Shown: positions 53,507 through 64,000, counted from the stretch's first letter. The stretch: DNA of 64,000 nt from an uncultured Phycisphaerales bacterium (GCA_963755915.1 CAVWLP010000002.1:1248001-1312000), one strand, 5' to 3'. Notes: a model not told the origin generated them from the letters alone. Program-made: numbers and translations.

Positions 53507-54612
53507 ATCAATCCAGGGAATCGCGATTTCGGCAGATCATGGACGGTTCAGATCGAACCGCATCCGCACAACTCCTGCGCACGGCCGCGGCCATCGCCGA
53601 GCCCTTCTATTCCCTCGCCATGCAGTGGCGAAACCACTTTTACGACTGGGGAATTCTGCCCAGCCATCCCCTCGGCCGCCCCACGGTCAGCGTCGGAAAC
53701 CTCACCACCGGCGGCACCGGCAAAACGCCGATCGTCCAGTGGCTCACCCGCCGATTTCTTGCCGAGGGACAGCACCCCGCCGTCCTGATGCGCGGATTTA
53801 AACCCACTTCCAGGGTCGGCAGCGACGAGGAAAAACTGCTGGCGACCGATCAGATTCCGGTCATCGCCGATCCCGACCGCATCCGCGGCGCCGCCAGCGC
53901 GCTTCAGAAATATCCTCAGACCACGGTCTTCGTGCTCGACGATGGCATGCAGCATCGCCGCGCTCGGCGTGATTTCGAGCTGGTGCTGCTGCACGCCGCA
54001 CACCCATACGGATATGGGCACATCTTTCCGCGCGGGCTGCTTCGCGAATCGATCTACGGCCTGGCCCGCGCGGATGTGGTCCTGCTGACCCACTCCAGCG
54101 AGTCCAATGAGCGGGGTTTGCAGGACACGATCACTGGCCTCCACGAGCGCCATCCGCAGACCCCGGTTTTCCAGTGCGATCACGTGATCCAGGCGCTTCA
54201 CCCTGCCGAAGGATCGCCGATCCCCATCGAGCAACTCTCCGGCCGCCGATACTACGCCTTCTGCGGCATCGGCAGCCCGCAGAGTTTTTTCGATGGCCTG
54301 AGCAAGCATGGCGGCATCTGTGCCGTGGTGCGCGAGTTTGACGATCATCATGATTACACCAAGGCGGATATTGCCGGCCTCATGGCCGAAGCGAAGGCCG
54401 CCGGGGCGGAGATGGTGATTACGACCCAGAAGGATTGGGTGAAGGTTGAGCGCTTTGCGGATAAGTTTTCGATTCCGATGTTTTGGGCCGAACTTTCCAT
54501 TCGCTTCCACGCCGATCACGAGGAAAAGCTTTGGCAGTTGATAACGGCAAGACTGGCTCGCGCAGAGCGCCGAGAGATTAGGATCGGATGGCTCAACACA
54601 ATGGAGAAATGA
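53503..54612 (+). CDS. lpxK: Tetraacyldisaccharide 4'-kinase
   Basis: SVGNLTTGGTGKTP, LDDGMQH, PRGLLRE, DHHDY, TQKDWVK. Confidence 0.93.
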   Translation: MNQSRESRFRQIMDGSDRTASAQLLRTAAAIAEPFYSLAMQWRNHFYDWGILPSHPLGRPTVSVGNLTTGGTGKTPIVQWLTRRFLAEGQHPAVLMRGFKPTSRVGSDEEKLLATDQIPVIADPDRIRGAASALQKYPQTTVFVLDDGMQHRRARRDFELVLLHAAHPYGYGHIFPRGLLRESIYGLARADVVLLTHSSESNERGLQDTITGLHERHPQTPVFQCDHVIQALHPAEGSPIPIEQLSGRRYYAFCGIGSPQSFFDGLSKHGGICAVVREFDDHHDYTKADIAGLMAEAKAAGAEMVITTQKDWVKVERFADKFSIPMFWAELSIRFHADHEEKLWQLITARLARAERREIRIGWLNTMEK

Positions 54613-54616
54613 CGTG

Positions 54617-55099
54617 ATGAATCCAGCAAAAAACACGATTTGCCTCTGGTTTAATCGCGACGCCGAGGAGGCGGCGCGGTTTTACGCCAGGACCTTTCCC
54701 GATTCGTCCGTCCTGGCCATGCATCGCGCGCCGGGAGACTATCCATCTGGAAAGAAAGGGGACGTATTGACCGTCGAATTCACCGTGCTGGGAATTCCCT
54801 GCCTCGGACTCAACGGCGGACCCGCGATCAAGCACAACGAAGCGTTCTCGTTTCAGGTCGCAACGGCTGACCAGGCCGAAACTGATCGCTACTGGAACGC
54901 GATCGTCGCCAACGGCGGCCAGGAGAGCGAGTGCGGCTGGTGCAAGGACAAATGGGGCTTGTCCTGGCAGATTACCCCGATCGCACTGACGAAAGCCGTC
55001 TTCGGTCCCGATCCTGCGGCCGCCAAGCGCGCGTTCGATGCGATGATGAAGATGAAAAAGATCGACATCGCTGCAATTGAGTCGGCGTGCCGCGGGTGA
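54617..55099 (+). CDS. VOC/PhnB-like (3-demethylubiquinone-9 3-methyltransferase family) protein
   Basis: CLWF, LNGGP, CGWCKDKWGLSWQI, MKKIDIA. Confidence 0.9.
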   Translation: MNPAKNTICLWFNRDAEEAARFYARTFPDSSVLAMHRAPGDYPSGKKGDVLTVEFTVLGIPCLGLNGGPAIKHNEAFSFQVATADQAETDRYWNAIVANGGQESECGWCKDKWGLSWQITPIALTKAVFGPDPAAAKRAFDAMMKMKKIDIAAIESACRG

Positions 55100-55154
55100 G
55101 ATCGCATCTTCGTCGCGTGCATTTTTGGGTGCACCAGGGGCAGACGGCGAGCGG

Positions 55155-55944
55155 TTATTGGGACTTTTTCCAGACGGTTTCTATGTAGGCCAGGCGGAGG
55201 CCCGCGCTGCTGGTTGCGGAAGCTGGGAGATCCGAAATCGGCGCCGCCGATGACGAGTTCGTATCCTTGTGCGAAGGCGACGTGGAGGCGGTGGCGGAGC
55301 ATGGCGGTGTGGATGCCGCGCCGGCGGAGAGTTGGGATGACGGCGGCGTTGCGGAGAGAGCACCAGGTGTCGGAGGCGGTGGCTCTGGAGAGTTCGCAGA
55401 TTCCAGCTGGCTCGTTCCGGTGACGGGCGAGGAAGAGTTGGAGATGTTCTTTGTGGATTGATTTTCGGACGCCGTTCTTGGCGTCGTCGCGCCACTGCGG
55501 GGGCCATTCGTTGGCCTGGGTGGCGATTTCGGCGGCGAGTTCGATGGTTTGAGGGGTGACTAATTCGATCGTGATTTCGGGGGGCAAAGTGGGAGGCTGG
55601 GGGGTGGGTGGGCCGTAGAGGATGGTTTGTTTCCAGTCGTGGAGGTAGTAGCCGGCGGCATTCAGGGCCTGGCCGACTTGGGGGGTGAAGTGGGCGTGGA
55701 CGAGATAGAAGATTGGGGAGGTGTTGCCGAAGAAGGCGAGGATTTCGGGGAGGCGGGGGACGTCGTCGTGATTGAAGCCAAAAACTCGGCTGGGGGGCCA
55801 GGGGCCGTTTTGTTTGCAGGCGGTTGTATTGCCGAACCGGAGGACCTTGGGGCCGTGGGGGTCAGTGGGAAGAGTTTCTTTGGGGGTGACGCAGAGTTCG
55901 AGTTGGCGGGTGAATTCGGTGGTGAGGATGGGGAGCTGAGGCAT
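55155..55944 (-). CDS. GNAT acetyltransferase (indel near 55205)
   Basis: AAVIPTLRRRGIHTAML, SFRNQQR.GLRLAY. Confidence 0.75.
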
Positions 55945-56100
55945 TTTTGCGTCTCGCGGTGGTGGGATCATACAGAAGATGAGGTGATAGGGCCGATGTT
56001 GAGATGTGTTCTCAATTGATCGTTGATACTGAGTCTCAGTCGATGTATTATGGGTTCCGCTTAAGGATTTGGCGGTGTCGCCGGTAGAAGGTGGTTGCAG

Positions 56101-57183
56101 ATGAGTTCGGATCGACAAGTGTTTGTGCCTGGGACAGTTACGCCGGTGCAACTGAATTATGCGCCGGTGCGGGCGGACGTACTGCGGCTTAAGCGGCTGG
56201 GGTGGGCGGGGGTTTTGGTGGCTGCGGCAATTGTGATCGCGATTTTGTTCTGGCAGGGGGTGACTTCGGCAGGGAATCCGGATCCTACCGTCAAGGGAAT
56301 CAGCCCGGCGGCGGCAATCGTGGATACCGGGGTTTTGGTTTTCCGGGAAGGGCTGGAGGCGATCCTGGTCCTGGCGGCACTGACGGCGAGCTTGGCGCGG
56401 ACGGAAGAAGGATATTGGAAGCCGGTGGCGGTGGGGGCGGGAGTTTCGTTCCTGGCCACGATCATGACCTGGTTTGTGGTGGTGGGAGTCATCGCTGATC
56501 TGGCGATCAATAACGCGCGGGCGCTGGATGTGCAGGCGGCGACTGGGCTGTTGGCGATCGTGGTGCTGCTGGTCATCATGAATTGGTTCTTTCACCGGAT
56601 CTACTGGACGGGATGGATCACCCATCACAATCGAAAAAAGCAGAGCTTGATTCGCGATGGGGAGCGGACGCGGCTGGCAATGTGGCGGGGGCTGGCGATT
56701 ATCGGGTTCACGTCGGTTTATCGGGAAGGGTTTGAAGTCGTACTGTTTTTGCAGTCGATGCGGCTGCAGGTAGGGTCGCATGTGATTCTGCTGGGGGTCT
56801 GCTGCGGGGTGGCACTTACGCTGACGGTCGCGATGCTGACGTTCGTGGCGCATTACCGGCTGCCCTATAAGCGGATGCTGGTGCTGACGGGGTTCATGAT
56901 CGGGATCGTGCTGCTGGTGATGGTGGGGGAGCAAGTTCAGGAGATGCAGCAGGCGAACTGGATTTCGACGACGAATATCAATGTTCATATCCCGGACTGG
57001 ATGGGGGTTTGGTTCAGCATTTTCCCGAACTGGGAGACCGTGGGGGCACAGGTTGTGGCGGCGACGTTTGTGATTGGGTCTTATATTCTGGCGCGGCGGG
57101 TTTGCCGAAAGAAAGTGCCGAAGGGGGTGGAGGTGGAGTGTATTGTTCCGGATTGCGGGAATTGTACGCGAGATTCGAAATGA
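56101..57183 (+). CDS. FTR1/EfeU-family iron permease
   Basis: Two REGxE motifs (FREGLEA, YREGFEV) and multiple TM helices. Confidence 0.9.
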   Translation: MSSDRQVFVPGTVTPVQLNYAPVRADVLRLKRLGWAGVLVAAAIVIAILFWQGVTSAGNPDPTVKGISPAAAIVDTGVLVFREGLEAILVLAALTASLARTEEGYWKPVAVGAGVSFLATIMTWFVVVGVIADLAINNARALDVQAATGLLAIVVLLVIMNWFFHRIYWTGWITHHNRKKQSLIRDGERTRLAMWRGLAIIGFTSVYREGFEVVLFLQSMRLQVGSHVILLGVCCGVALTLTVAMLTFVAHYRLPYKRMLVLTGFMIGIVLLVMVGEQVQEMQQANWISTTNINVHIPDWMGVWFSIFPNWETVGAQVVAATFVIGSYILARRVCRKKVPKGVEVECIVPDCGNCTRDSK

Positions 57184-57530
57184 GAGACTGGAAACTAAAT
57201 CGGGGACCACGATTCTAAGACGGCGGGAAACGCCGCAGCCTAAACTTAAGTTGGCGCTGGGTTTGGGGGATGTCAGGTAAACAGACGTCGTTATGCCGGT
57301 GATGGGGGGCGAATGTTGGGAGCGGGGGGTAGTTGTGGACTTGGAAGGGCAGGGGAGATAGGGTTTGGGGCGGTAAATTTGACGAGTGAGGTATGGACGA
57401 GGCCTGAATTCTCAGTTCCCGTTACTAGCTCTATCGCCCTTATACCATCGGGCTACGATTGGCCCGCTTTCGAAGGTACCCCGAAAGTGAAGACACAGGG
57501 TGCACGTAAGCCCAATATCAGGAGTCAGCA

Positions 57531-57932
57531 ATGGGCAATAAGCTTTATGTCGGGAACTTGAGCTACGAGGCGACGAGTTCGGATTTGGAACAATTGTTTG
57601 GCCAGCACGGGACGGTGCAATCGGCGCAGGTGATCGCGGATCGTGATACCGGTCGAAGCAAGGGCTTCGGATTCGTCGAGATGGGATCCGAGCAGGAGGC
57701 GCAGGCGGCAATCGCGGCGCTGAATGGCAAGGAACATGATGGTCGCGCGCTCACCGTCAACGAGGCGAAGCCGCGTGAAGACCGTCCTCGCGGCGGTGGT
57801 GGTGGCGGCCGGGGCGGATATGGCGGCGGCGGAGGTGGTGGCCGCGGCGGCTACGGCGGTGGTGGCGGCGGCGGTGGCCGCGGGGGTTACGGCGGCGGCG
57901 GTGGGGGAGGCGGTGGCCGCGGCAGGTATTGA
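57531..57932 (+). CDS. RRM RNA-binding protein with Gly-rich tail
   Basis: KLYVGNL (RNP2), SKGFGFVEM (RNP1), RGGYGG repeats. Confidence 0.95.
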   Translation: MGNKLYVGNLSYEATSSDLEQLFGQHGTVQSAQVIADRDTGRSKGFGFVEMGSEQEAQAAIAALNGKEHDGRALTVNEAKPREDRPRGGGGGGRGGYGGGGGGGRGGYGGGGGGGGRGGYGGGGGGGGGRGRY

Positions 57933-57969
57933 TGGGCCGTAATGGGTCCGTTTTAATGAAGAGTGAGAT

Positions 57970-58000
57970 GGGCCGCGCTTTCGGCGCGGCCCTTTTCTTT
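57970..58000 (+). terminator. Rho-independent terminator
   Basis: GGGCCGCGC-TTTCG-GCGCGGCCC-TTTTCTTT. Confidence 0.85.
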
Positions 58001-58080
58001 GCGCGTCACGATAATTCGGATCTGTTCCGTTAAAGTTGGCTGGCGGAAGAAGACGAGCCGGAAGAATAGAGGAGATTGCG

Positions 58081-58506
58081 ATGGAGACAAAAGCCATTGT
58101 GGTGAAGCGGCATTTTGAAGCGTCGGCGGAGCGGGTGTTTGATGCGTGGGTGGATCCGCAGCGCGCTGGGCGGTGGCTGTTCGCGTCGCCGACGGGGGAG
58201 ATCGTCCGGGTGGAGATCGATGCGCGGGTGGGTGGGGGGTTTTTGATCACTCGGCGCGATGGGGACGTTGATATTGAGCATGTGGGGAAATATTTGGAGA
58301 TGGAAAGGCCGGGGAAACTGGTCTTTGAGTTTTCGGTGCCGCGGTTTTCTAAAGAGATTACGGTGGTGTGCGTGGAGATTGTTTCAGGCGGAAAAGGGTG
58401 TGATTTGACGCTGACGCATACAGGGGTGTTGCCGGAGTGGGTGGAGAGGACGACGGAGGGGTGGGGGAAGATTTTGGAGGGGCTGAATGAGAAAATAGAG
58501 AGTTGA
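58081..58506 (+). CDS. SRPBCC/AHSA1 domain protein
   Basis: ERVFDAWVDP, DARVGG, LTLTH, EGW. Confidence 0.88.
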   Translation: METKAIVVKRHFEASAERVFDAWVDPQRAGRWLFASPTGEIVRVEIDARVGGGFLITRRDGDVDIEHVGKYLEMERPGKLVFEFSVPRFSKEITVVCVEIVSGGKGCDLTLTHTGVLPEWVERTTEGWGKILEGLNEKIES

Positions 58507-58538
58507 AAGTAGAGAGTAGAACGGGGGAGGAGAGGAGA

Positions 58539-59077
58539 TCAGTTTCCGGCGCCCAGGCGTCCCAGATATATTCCCAGGAAGAAGACGACGGCGCCGCCGA
58601 GGATGACCTGGATGATGGTTTTGGCGAGGGGAGTTTTCATGTAATGGAAACGGATGCAGGCAATCGACAGTAGCTCGATGATGACGACCACATAGGCAAA
58701 TTGCAGGGCGAGGTTGAGGTTTTTGATCAGGAAGGGGAGGGTGTGGAGCATTCCACCGATCATGGTGGCGAGGCCGGTGATGAGTCCGCGGGCGAGGGGG
58801 TGGCCGCGGCCGGTGACTTTGCCGTCGTCGGAGAGGGCTTCAGCAAGAGCCATGCTGATGGCAGCGCCGACGGAGGCGGCGAGGCCGACGAAAAAGGCGG
58901 TGAGGGGTTTTTGGGTCAATATCGCGGTGGCGAAGAGAGGGGCAAGGGTGGAAACGGAGCCGTCCATAAGGCCGAGCAGCGCGGCTGGACTTTCTGGAGG
59001 ACGAATTGGTGTTTGTGGTGAGTGTCCGCGGGGGCTTGGAAAATCGCCGCGGGGAAGATGGGGGATTCGACGGACAT
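58539..59077 (-). CDS. VIT1/CCC1 transporter (MbfA membrane domain only; indels near 5' end)
   Basis: [31 protein letters not shown]. Confidence 0.8.
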
Positions 59078-59239
59078 TTTTTGTTTTTTACCTTCTCTAT
59101 GTCTATCGAATAGTTTAGTGGGGTGGAGGTGGAAATGCCTAGATTTTCAGGGGATTTTTGCAGATTGGACTGAGTCTCAATCCAAATGTGAGGGGGTGTG
59201 GCAGAAAATTTTGTTTGATCCAGAAGAGGAGGATTGTTT

Positions 59240-59353
59240 TCGGTTTCGGTTTGTGTGACGAAAAGATGCGCTGGCTCGTATGTAATACGCGGTTCCGCTG
59301 CGGGAGCACGTGGCTGCTCTGGTGACGTTCGGGGCGGCCTAGTGGTGGGGGGC
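59240..59353 (+). repeat. 114-bp dispersed structured repeat, copy 4 (overlaps the GT4 stop codon)
   Basis: Ungapped alignment to the other three copies; most divergent copy. Confidence 0.85.
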
Positions 59354-60618
59354 GGGGGAATTGGCGGTGGCGTTGTAGATTTCGGCGATTTGGCGGACTT
59401 TGCCGTCCCAGCTTAGTTCCTGGGCGCGATGGAGGGCGGCGGCGGAGAGGGATTGGATTTGGGTGGGATTTGAGATGAGCGAGCGGATGGCGGTGGCGAA
59501 ATCGGTGATGCTTTTCTCGCGGGAAATCATGCGGATTTTGATGCCGGAGGTCTCGGTGACGGCGACGGACATGCCGCAGGCGTCGTGACAGATGACCGGG
59601 AGGCCGAGGGAGAGGGCTTCCATCACGACTGTGGAGGTGCCTTCCTGGAGGCTGGTGAAGAGGAAAACGTCCGATTCGCGCATTTGAGAGAGGGCTTGGT
59701 CGCGGGGGAGGTGGCCGATCCAGGTCAGACGATCGGTAACGCCAAGTTGCTGGGCGAGGGATTTCCAGGATTGGGTTTCGCGGCCGGCGCCGAGGATTTT
59801 CAGGGTCCAGCGATTTCGGGTCGCGGGGTCGTTGAGCCGGGCGAGGGCGTGCAGGGCGAGGGGGAGAGCTTTGCGGCCGACGTGAAGGCCGCTCCAGATG
59901 AGTTGTAGCGGGCGCTGGGCGTCGTATTTGCGAAGGGCGCCTTGAAGGTCGGGGCGCCGGTGTCGAGCATCAAATCGGAATCGGCGTGCCAGTGGGTTTG
60001 GGCCATGCGGCGGTCTTCCTCGGAGGTGGCGAGGATTTTTTGGGCGGCGTGGGCGGCTTTGCGCGGGCGGGGTTTCAGGCGCTTGTGGAGTTCGTTGACG
60101 ATATTTTTCAGCGTATAGAACATGCGATCGTGGAGGGAGAAGGTTTTGAAAAAGGGCCAGGGGATGTTGGAGGCGCCGGCGATGGGACCCCAGATAAAAG
60201 GGATCGGCAGTTTCCAAAGATAGCCAGGCTCGCGGAAGCCGGTGATGGTGAGGTGGTGGGCGATGTCGAAGGGTTTTTGGGCGTGGAGGCGGCGGGCCTC
60301 GGCGAGGGCTTTGCGTTGCCAGGCGGCGTAGCCAAGGAAGAAGAGAGGGGCGGCGAAAGAAATTAACGGGCGCTGGAAGAGACGGGAGAGAAGCGGGGGG
60401 TTGACGTAATGGACGGTGATGCCTGGAATCGGGCCGTGGGATTGGAGGTGTTGTTCGATTTCGGCGCGGTAGTTTTCATCTGCGAGTTGTGGGGAGCAGA
60501 GGATGGTGATGTCGTGGTATTGGCCCAGACGGGAGGCGATGTTCCAGCCGATGCCGGGTTCGGAGCCTCGGGCCGGGGAGCAGGCGAAGGCGGAGAGGAG
60601 GACGCGTTTGCGGGGCAA
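59339..60618 (-). CDS. Glycosyltransferase family 4 (indel near 59935)
   Basis: ACSPARGSEPGIGW, FLFTSLQEG, EALSLGLPVI. Confidence 0.88.
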
Positions 60619-60621
60619 GCG

Positions 60622-61989
60622 TCACCGCCTGCGGCGATGCCGCCGATTGATGGGGATCTTGCTGCCGATGTTTCTCGGCGGGAGGGGAGTGGGGGTGCCG
60701 GTGTTGGGGGACGCGTTTGCGCTGGCGGCGTAAGGGCGATCGAAGCGGGAGACGACGGGTTTCGAGGGGCCCGACGACTCGGAGGGTTTTTCTTCGGTCC
60801 AGTCGGAGGGGGTGGGGGAGGGCTCGAAGCCTTCGAGGGTGGCCTGGGTGATGACCATGTTGATGAGGTTTTCGATGCGGGTGAGCTCGTCGCCCTGGTC
60901 ACGCGAGACGAGGGTGAATGCTTTTCCGGCGGCGCCCATGCGGGCGGTTCGGCCGACGCGGTGGACGTAGACTTCGGGGTCCTCGGGGACGTCGTAGTTG
61001 ATGATGTGGCTGATATCGGCGACGTCGATGCCCCGGCTGGCGAGGTCGGTGGCGATGAGGACGTCGAACTTTCCAGTGCGGAAATTCTTCATGACGCGTT
61101 CGCGTTTGTTCTGGGCGAGGTTGCCGTGGATTTCACGGCACTCGATGCCGTCTGCGTGGAGGCGCTTGGCGATTTTTTCAGCGCCGCGCTTGGTTCGGCA
61201 GAAGACGATGGCGAGGTCGGGGTTTTCGCGGACGAGGAGCATGCGGAGGAGGCGGTATTTGTCCCAGGGCTGGACGGCGAGGTAGTACTGCTCAACATTT
61301 TCGACGGTGGGTTTGTCGTCAGCGCCGGGGGCGATGAGCTTTTCGACGGGCTCGCGCATGTACTGGCGGGCGAGCTTTTCGATTTCGGGGGAAATCGTCG
61401 CGGAGACGAACATTGTTTGGTGATGGGCTTCCTGGCCCATGCCTTTGACGCGGGAGAGGATGTTGCGGATGTCGTCGCGGAAGCCGATGTCGAGCATGCG
61501 GTCGACTTCGTCAAGGACGACGAAGCGGATGTTGTCGAGGGCGATGATTCGGCGGTCGAGGAGGTCGATGACCCGGCCCGGAGTGCCGACGATGACTTCC
61601 GGGCCGTGCTTGAGGAATTTCATCTGGGCGGCGATTTTCTGGCCGCCGTAGACGGGGACGGTGCGGATCGGGGTGTGCTTGGCAAGGCGTTTGACTTCGG
61701 CGTCTACTTGCATGGCAAGTTCGCGGGTGGGAACGAGGATGATGGCGGAGACGGCGACGCCGCGGACCGAGTTCTGGAGAATGGGGATGGCGAAGGCGGC
61801 GGTTTTTCCGGTTCCGGTGCGGGCCTGGCCGAGGATATCTACGCCGGCGAGGGCACGGGGGATGAGGAGGGTTTGGATCTCGGAGGGGGTGAGGAAGCTC
61901 TCCTCGGCGAGGGCGCGGAGGATGGAGGGTCGCACGCCGAGGGCGGCGAAGGCTTCGGGCAGGGGGGGGTGTTCGGCTTTGTCGCTCAT
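60622..61989 (-). CDS. DEAD/DEAH-box RNA helicase
   Basis: ARTGTGKT, PTRELA, DEVD, SAT, HRVGRTARMG. Confidence 0.95.
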   Translation of the reverse strand: MSDKAEHPPLPEAFAALGVRPSILRALAEESFLTPSEIQTLLIPRALAGVDILGQARTGTGKTAAFAIPILQNSVRGVAVSAIILVPTRELAMQVDAEVKRLAKHTPIRTVPVYGGQKIAAQMKFLKHGPEVIVGTPGRVIDLLDRRIIALDNIRFVVLDEVDRMLDIGFRDDIRNILSRVKGMGQEAHHQTMFVSATISPEIEKLARQYMREPVEKLIAPGADDKPTVENVEQYYLAVQPWDKYRLLRMLLVRENPDLAIVFCRTKRGAEKIAKRLHADGIECREIHGNLAQNKRERVMKNFRTGKFDVLIATDLASRGIDVADISHIINYDVPEDPEVYVHRVGRTARMGAAGKAFTLVSRDQGDELTRIENLINMVITQATLEGFEPSPTPSDWTEEKPSESSGPSKPVVSRFDRPYAASANASPNTGTPTPLPPRNIGSKIPINRRHRRRR

Positions 61990-62129
61990 ATTTGTGTGGG
62001 GAGAAGTTATGGTCGCGGGGGTGGATTTGCAATTTTGTGGGGGAGGGGATTGGCTATTGCCTATTTCCTATTGCCTATTTCCAATTTGAAAATCGGCAAT
62101 AGGCAATTGGCAATTGGAAATCGATTTTT

Positions 62130-62942
62130 ATGCGTTACAAAATAGTGCTGGCATATCGGGGGACGCGCTATCACGGGTGGCAGCAGCAGCCGGTCCTGGA
62201 GACTTACAAGGGGGAGATGCCGGCGGAGGGGGCGGGGATCCCAACGATTCAGGAGACGTTGGGGGCGGTGGTAGGGGCGGTGGTGGGGCATCCGGTGGCG
62301 GTGGTGGGGGCATCACGGACCGATGCGGGGGTGCATGCCAAGGGGCAAGTCGCCCATTTCGACACCTCCCAGACGCAGATACCGGCGGAAAGCTTGCGGA
62401 GGGCCGTGAATCATCGGCTGCCGGGGGATATTTTGATCCGGGAGATCGAGGCAGTCGCGGAATCGTTTGATTCGATCACCGCGGCAAAAAATAAACGGTA
62501 TCAATATTTTATCTGGAACCATGCGGATCGAAATCCATTTTTTCCCGATCTGTGCTGGCATCGGTGGCAAAAGCTGGACGTGGAAGCGATGAGAGAGGCG
62601 GCGGGGCATTTTGTGGGGGAGAAGGATTTTGCCAGCTTCGCGCGGCCGGGGCATGGGAGACAGACCACGGTGCGGACGGTTTATGATTGCCGGGTTTCGA
62701 GGCGCGGGGGGATGGTGGTGATCGGGGTGGAGGGGTCGGGGTTTTTGTGGAATATGGTGAGGATCATGGTGGGGACGATTGTGGAAGTAGGGTTGGGGAG
62801 ATATCGCGCGGAAGAGATCGTAGGAATGCTGGAGGCGAAGGATCGGGAGGCGGCGGGGAGTACCGCGCCTCCGGAGGGGCTTTTCTTGCAATGGATTCGG
62901 TTGGGGGAAGGTGTGAAAAGTGTGAAAGTGGGAGGGGGTTAG
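62130..62942 (+). CDS. truA: tRNA pseudouridine(38-40) synthase
   Basis: YHGWQ, SRTDAGVHA, FLWNMVR, TAPPEGL. Confidence 0.95.
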   Translation: MRYKIVLAYRGTRYHGWQQQPVLETYKGEMPAEGAGIPTIQETLGAVVGAVVGHPVAVVGASRTDAGVHAKGQVAHFDTSQTQIPAESLRRAVNHRLPGDILIREIEAVAESFDSITAAKNKRYQYFIWNHADRNPFFPDLCWHRWQKLDVEAMREAAGHFVGEKDFASFARPGHGRQTTVRTVYDCRVSRRGGMVVIGVEGSGFLWNMVRIMVGTIVEVGLGRYRAEEIVGMLEAKDREAAGSTAPPEGLFLQWIRLGEGVKSVKVGGG

Positions 62943-64000
62943 TGGGGGATCGCGTACCACTGGATTTTGATGTCGGGGAGTTCCTCGGAGCCGGTGAGGG
63001 GGTAGCGTTGGGCGACAAAGCTCTCGGTGATGCGATGGCGGTCGGCCCAAAAGTTGTCGTGGGAGAGGACGAGGACGATTTGTTGATAATGGTGGGCGGC
63101 GAGTTTTTGTTTCAGGGGGTCGAGGTCCTTTTCGGTGAAGACTTGGCGCATGGTGCGCGGGGGGTTTAGATCGAAGAAACCGGCGGGGGCGCCGGTGTGG
63201 TCGTCGGTGGGGAGGTAACGGTAGTAGTAATCGAAGGGGAGTTCGTCGTCATTGGCTACGAAGATGATGAGGCGATTTTGTGGCGCGAGGGTGGAGACGA
63301 TCTGCGCGGCGGCGCGCCAGTTTTCCTTGGGGTCTTCGAGGTTGTGGCTGAAGAGCGTGAGGGCGGACAGGGCGATTAAGAATATTGCGCACGTCCAGGT
63401 AATGCGCTGCATCATTTTGGAGAGGGGCATGCCCAGGGGTAGGAGGATGAAGATGGACATGAGGGTGGTGGAGGGTTGGAAGAGCTTGGCGGTGAAGAGG
63501 GGGGTGCGGATGACACTGTAGAGAGCGACGAAGAGAAGGGGGAAGAGAGCCATCGTGAGGAGGCCGAGCGCTTCGCGGCGGCGATTGCCCCGCTGATGGA
63601 AGATGGAGAGCCAGGCCGAGCCGATCATGAGGACGCCGGCGATGAAGATGGGGCGGGTGTTTTCCCCGAGGGGGAGATGGATGCGGTCGAGGAGGTGGGT
63701 CCAGGTCCAGTAGTGTTTAACCCCGACGAGATTGACGATGGCGTCAAGGAAGATGCCGTGCTTGAGGGGATCGACCCAGAAGGCGTGGCGGATCATGGCG
63801 AGCTGGGCGGGCAGGCCGATGAGAGCCCAGGGGAGATAGAGAACGAAAGAGGCGGAAGTAACTAGGGTGATGTCGATGAGGCGGTGCTTGAAGGAATGGG
63901 TGGAGGGGAGAATGAGCCAGGTGAGCATGGTGGCCAGAGCGTAGGGGGCCATCATGTTGTGGGTATACATCGCCGCGGCGATGAGGAGGGTTTGGACGAT
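62939..64000 (-). CDS. Polytopic membrane protein, probable GT-C/GT39-like glycosyltransferase (5' end outside window)
   Basis: YTHN, LYLPW and KENWRAAA motifs with multiple TM helices. Confidence 0.6.
   Translation of the reverse strand: MVQTLLIAAAMYTHNMMAPYALATMLTWLILPSTHSFKHRLIDITLVTSASFVLYLPWALIGLPAQLAMIRHAFWVDPLKHGIFLDAIVNLVGVKHYWTWTHLLDRIHLPLGENTRPIFIAGVLMIGSAWLSIFHQRGNRRREALGLLTMALFPLLFVALYSVIRTPLFTAKLFQPSTTLMSIFILLPLGMPLSKMMQRITWTCAIFLIALSALTLFSHNLEDPKENWRAAAQIVSTLAPQNRLIIFVANDDELPFDYYYRYLPTDDHTGAPAGFFDLNPPRTMRQVFTEKDLDPLKQKLAAHHYQQIVLVLSHDNFWADRHRITESFVAQRYPLTGSEELPDIKIQWYAIPH

Noticed and set aside
54889-57210. 773-aa minus-strand ORF and other long antisense ORFs (e.g. 60409-62145, 15379-16545, 17384-18559)
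   Set aside because: These are shadow frames of real genes in high-GC DNA. Only the central GNAT part of the 773-aa ORF is credible.
57790-57930. GGC/GGT-rich low-complexity tract as a DNA repeat element
   Set aside because: It is simply the Gly-rich RGG tail of the RRM protein.

Overview
High-GC bacterial chromosomal window. Gene content and repeat style suggest Planctomycetota, probably Phycisphaerae; this is an inference. The backbone is housekeeping: trmL, ispF-cysS, aat/clpS, anmK-murQ, citrate synthase, glmS, comEC, hemC, pgsA-pgpA, gluQ-lpxK, a DEAD-box helicase and truA. Many genes carry single-base indels, mostly at homopolymers, most likely long-read errors. Mobile DNA comprises (1) a complete IS21 element (766-3646, 6-bp TSD), (2) an IS1-family cargo transposon (3771-7025, 17-bp IRs, 8-bp TSD) carrying an HEXXH M48/Lit-like protease, (3) a decayed, apparently chimeric island between tRNA-Ala(CGC) and a different tRNA 3' fragment (39.7-44.8 kb), with truncated serine recombinase and HxsC genes, and (4) a complete group II intron (49485-51457) inserted inside one arm of a REP-like palindrome. 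The most unusual signal is non-coding. There are four ungapped, co-oriented copies of a 114-bp element that folds into four hairpins with structure-compatible substitutions. A 23-24-bp micro-insertion unit lands in other hairpins and in frame in genes. REP-like palindromes sit inside anmK and gluQ, and a GNRA-rich structured element lies at 44.3-44.6 kb. A ~10-kb block (44.8-54.5 kb) has both G/C skew and repeat orientation reversed.
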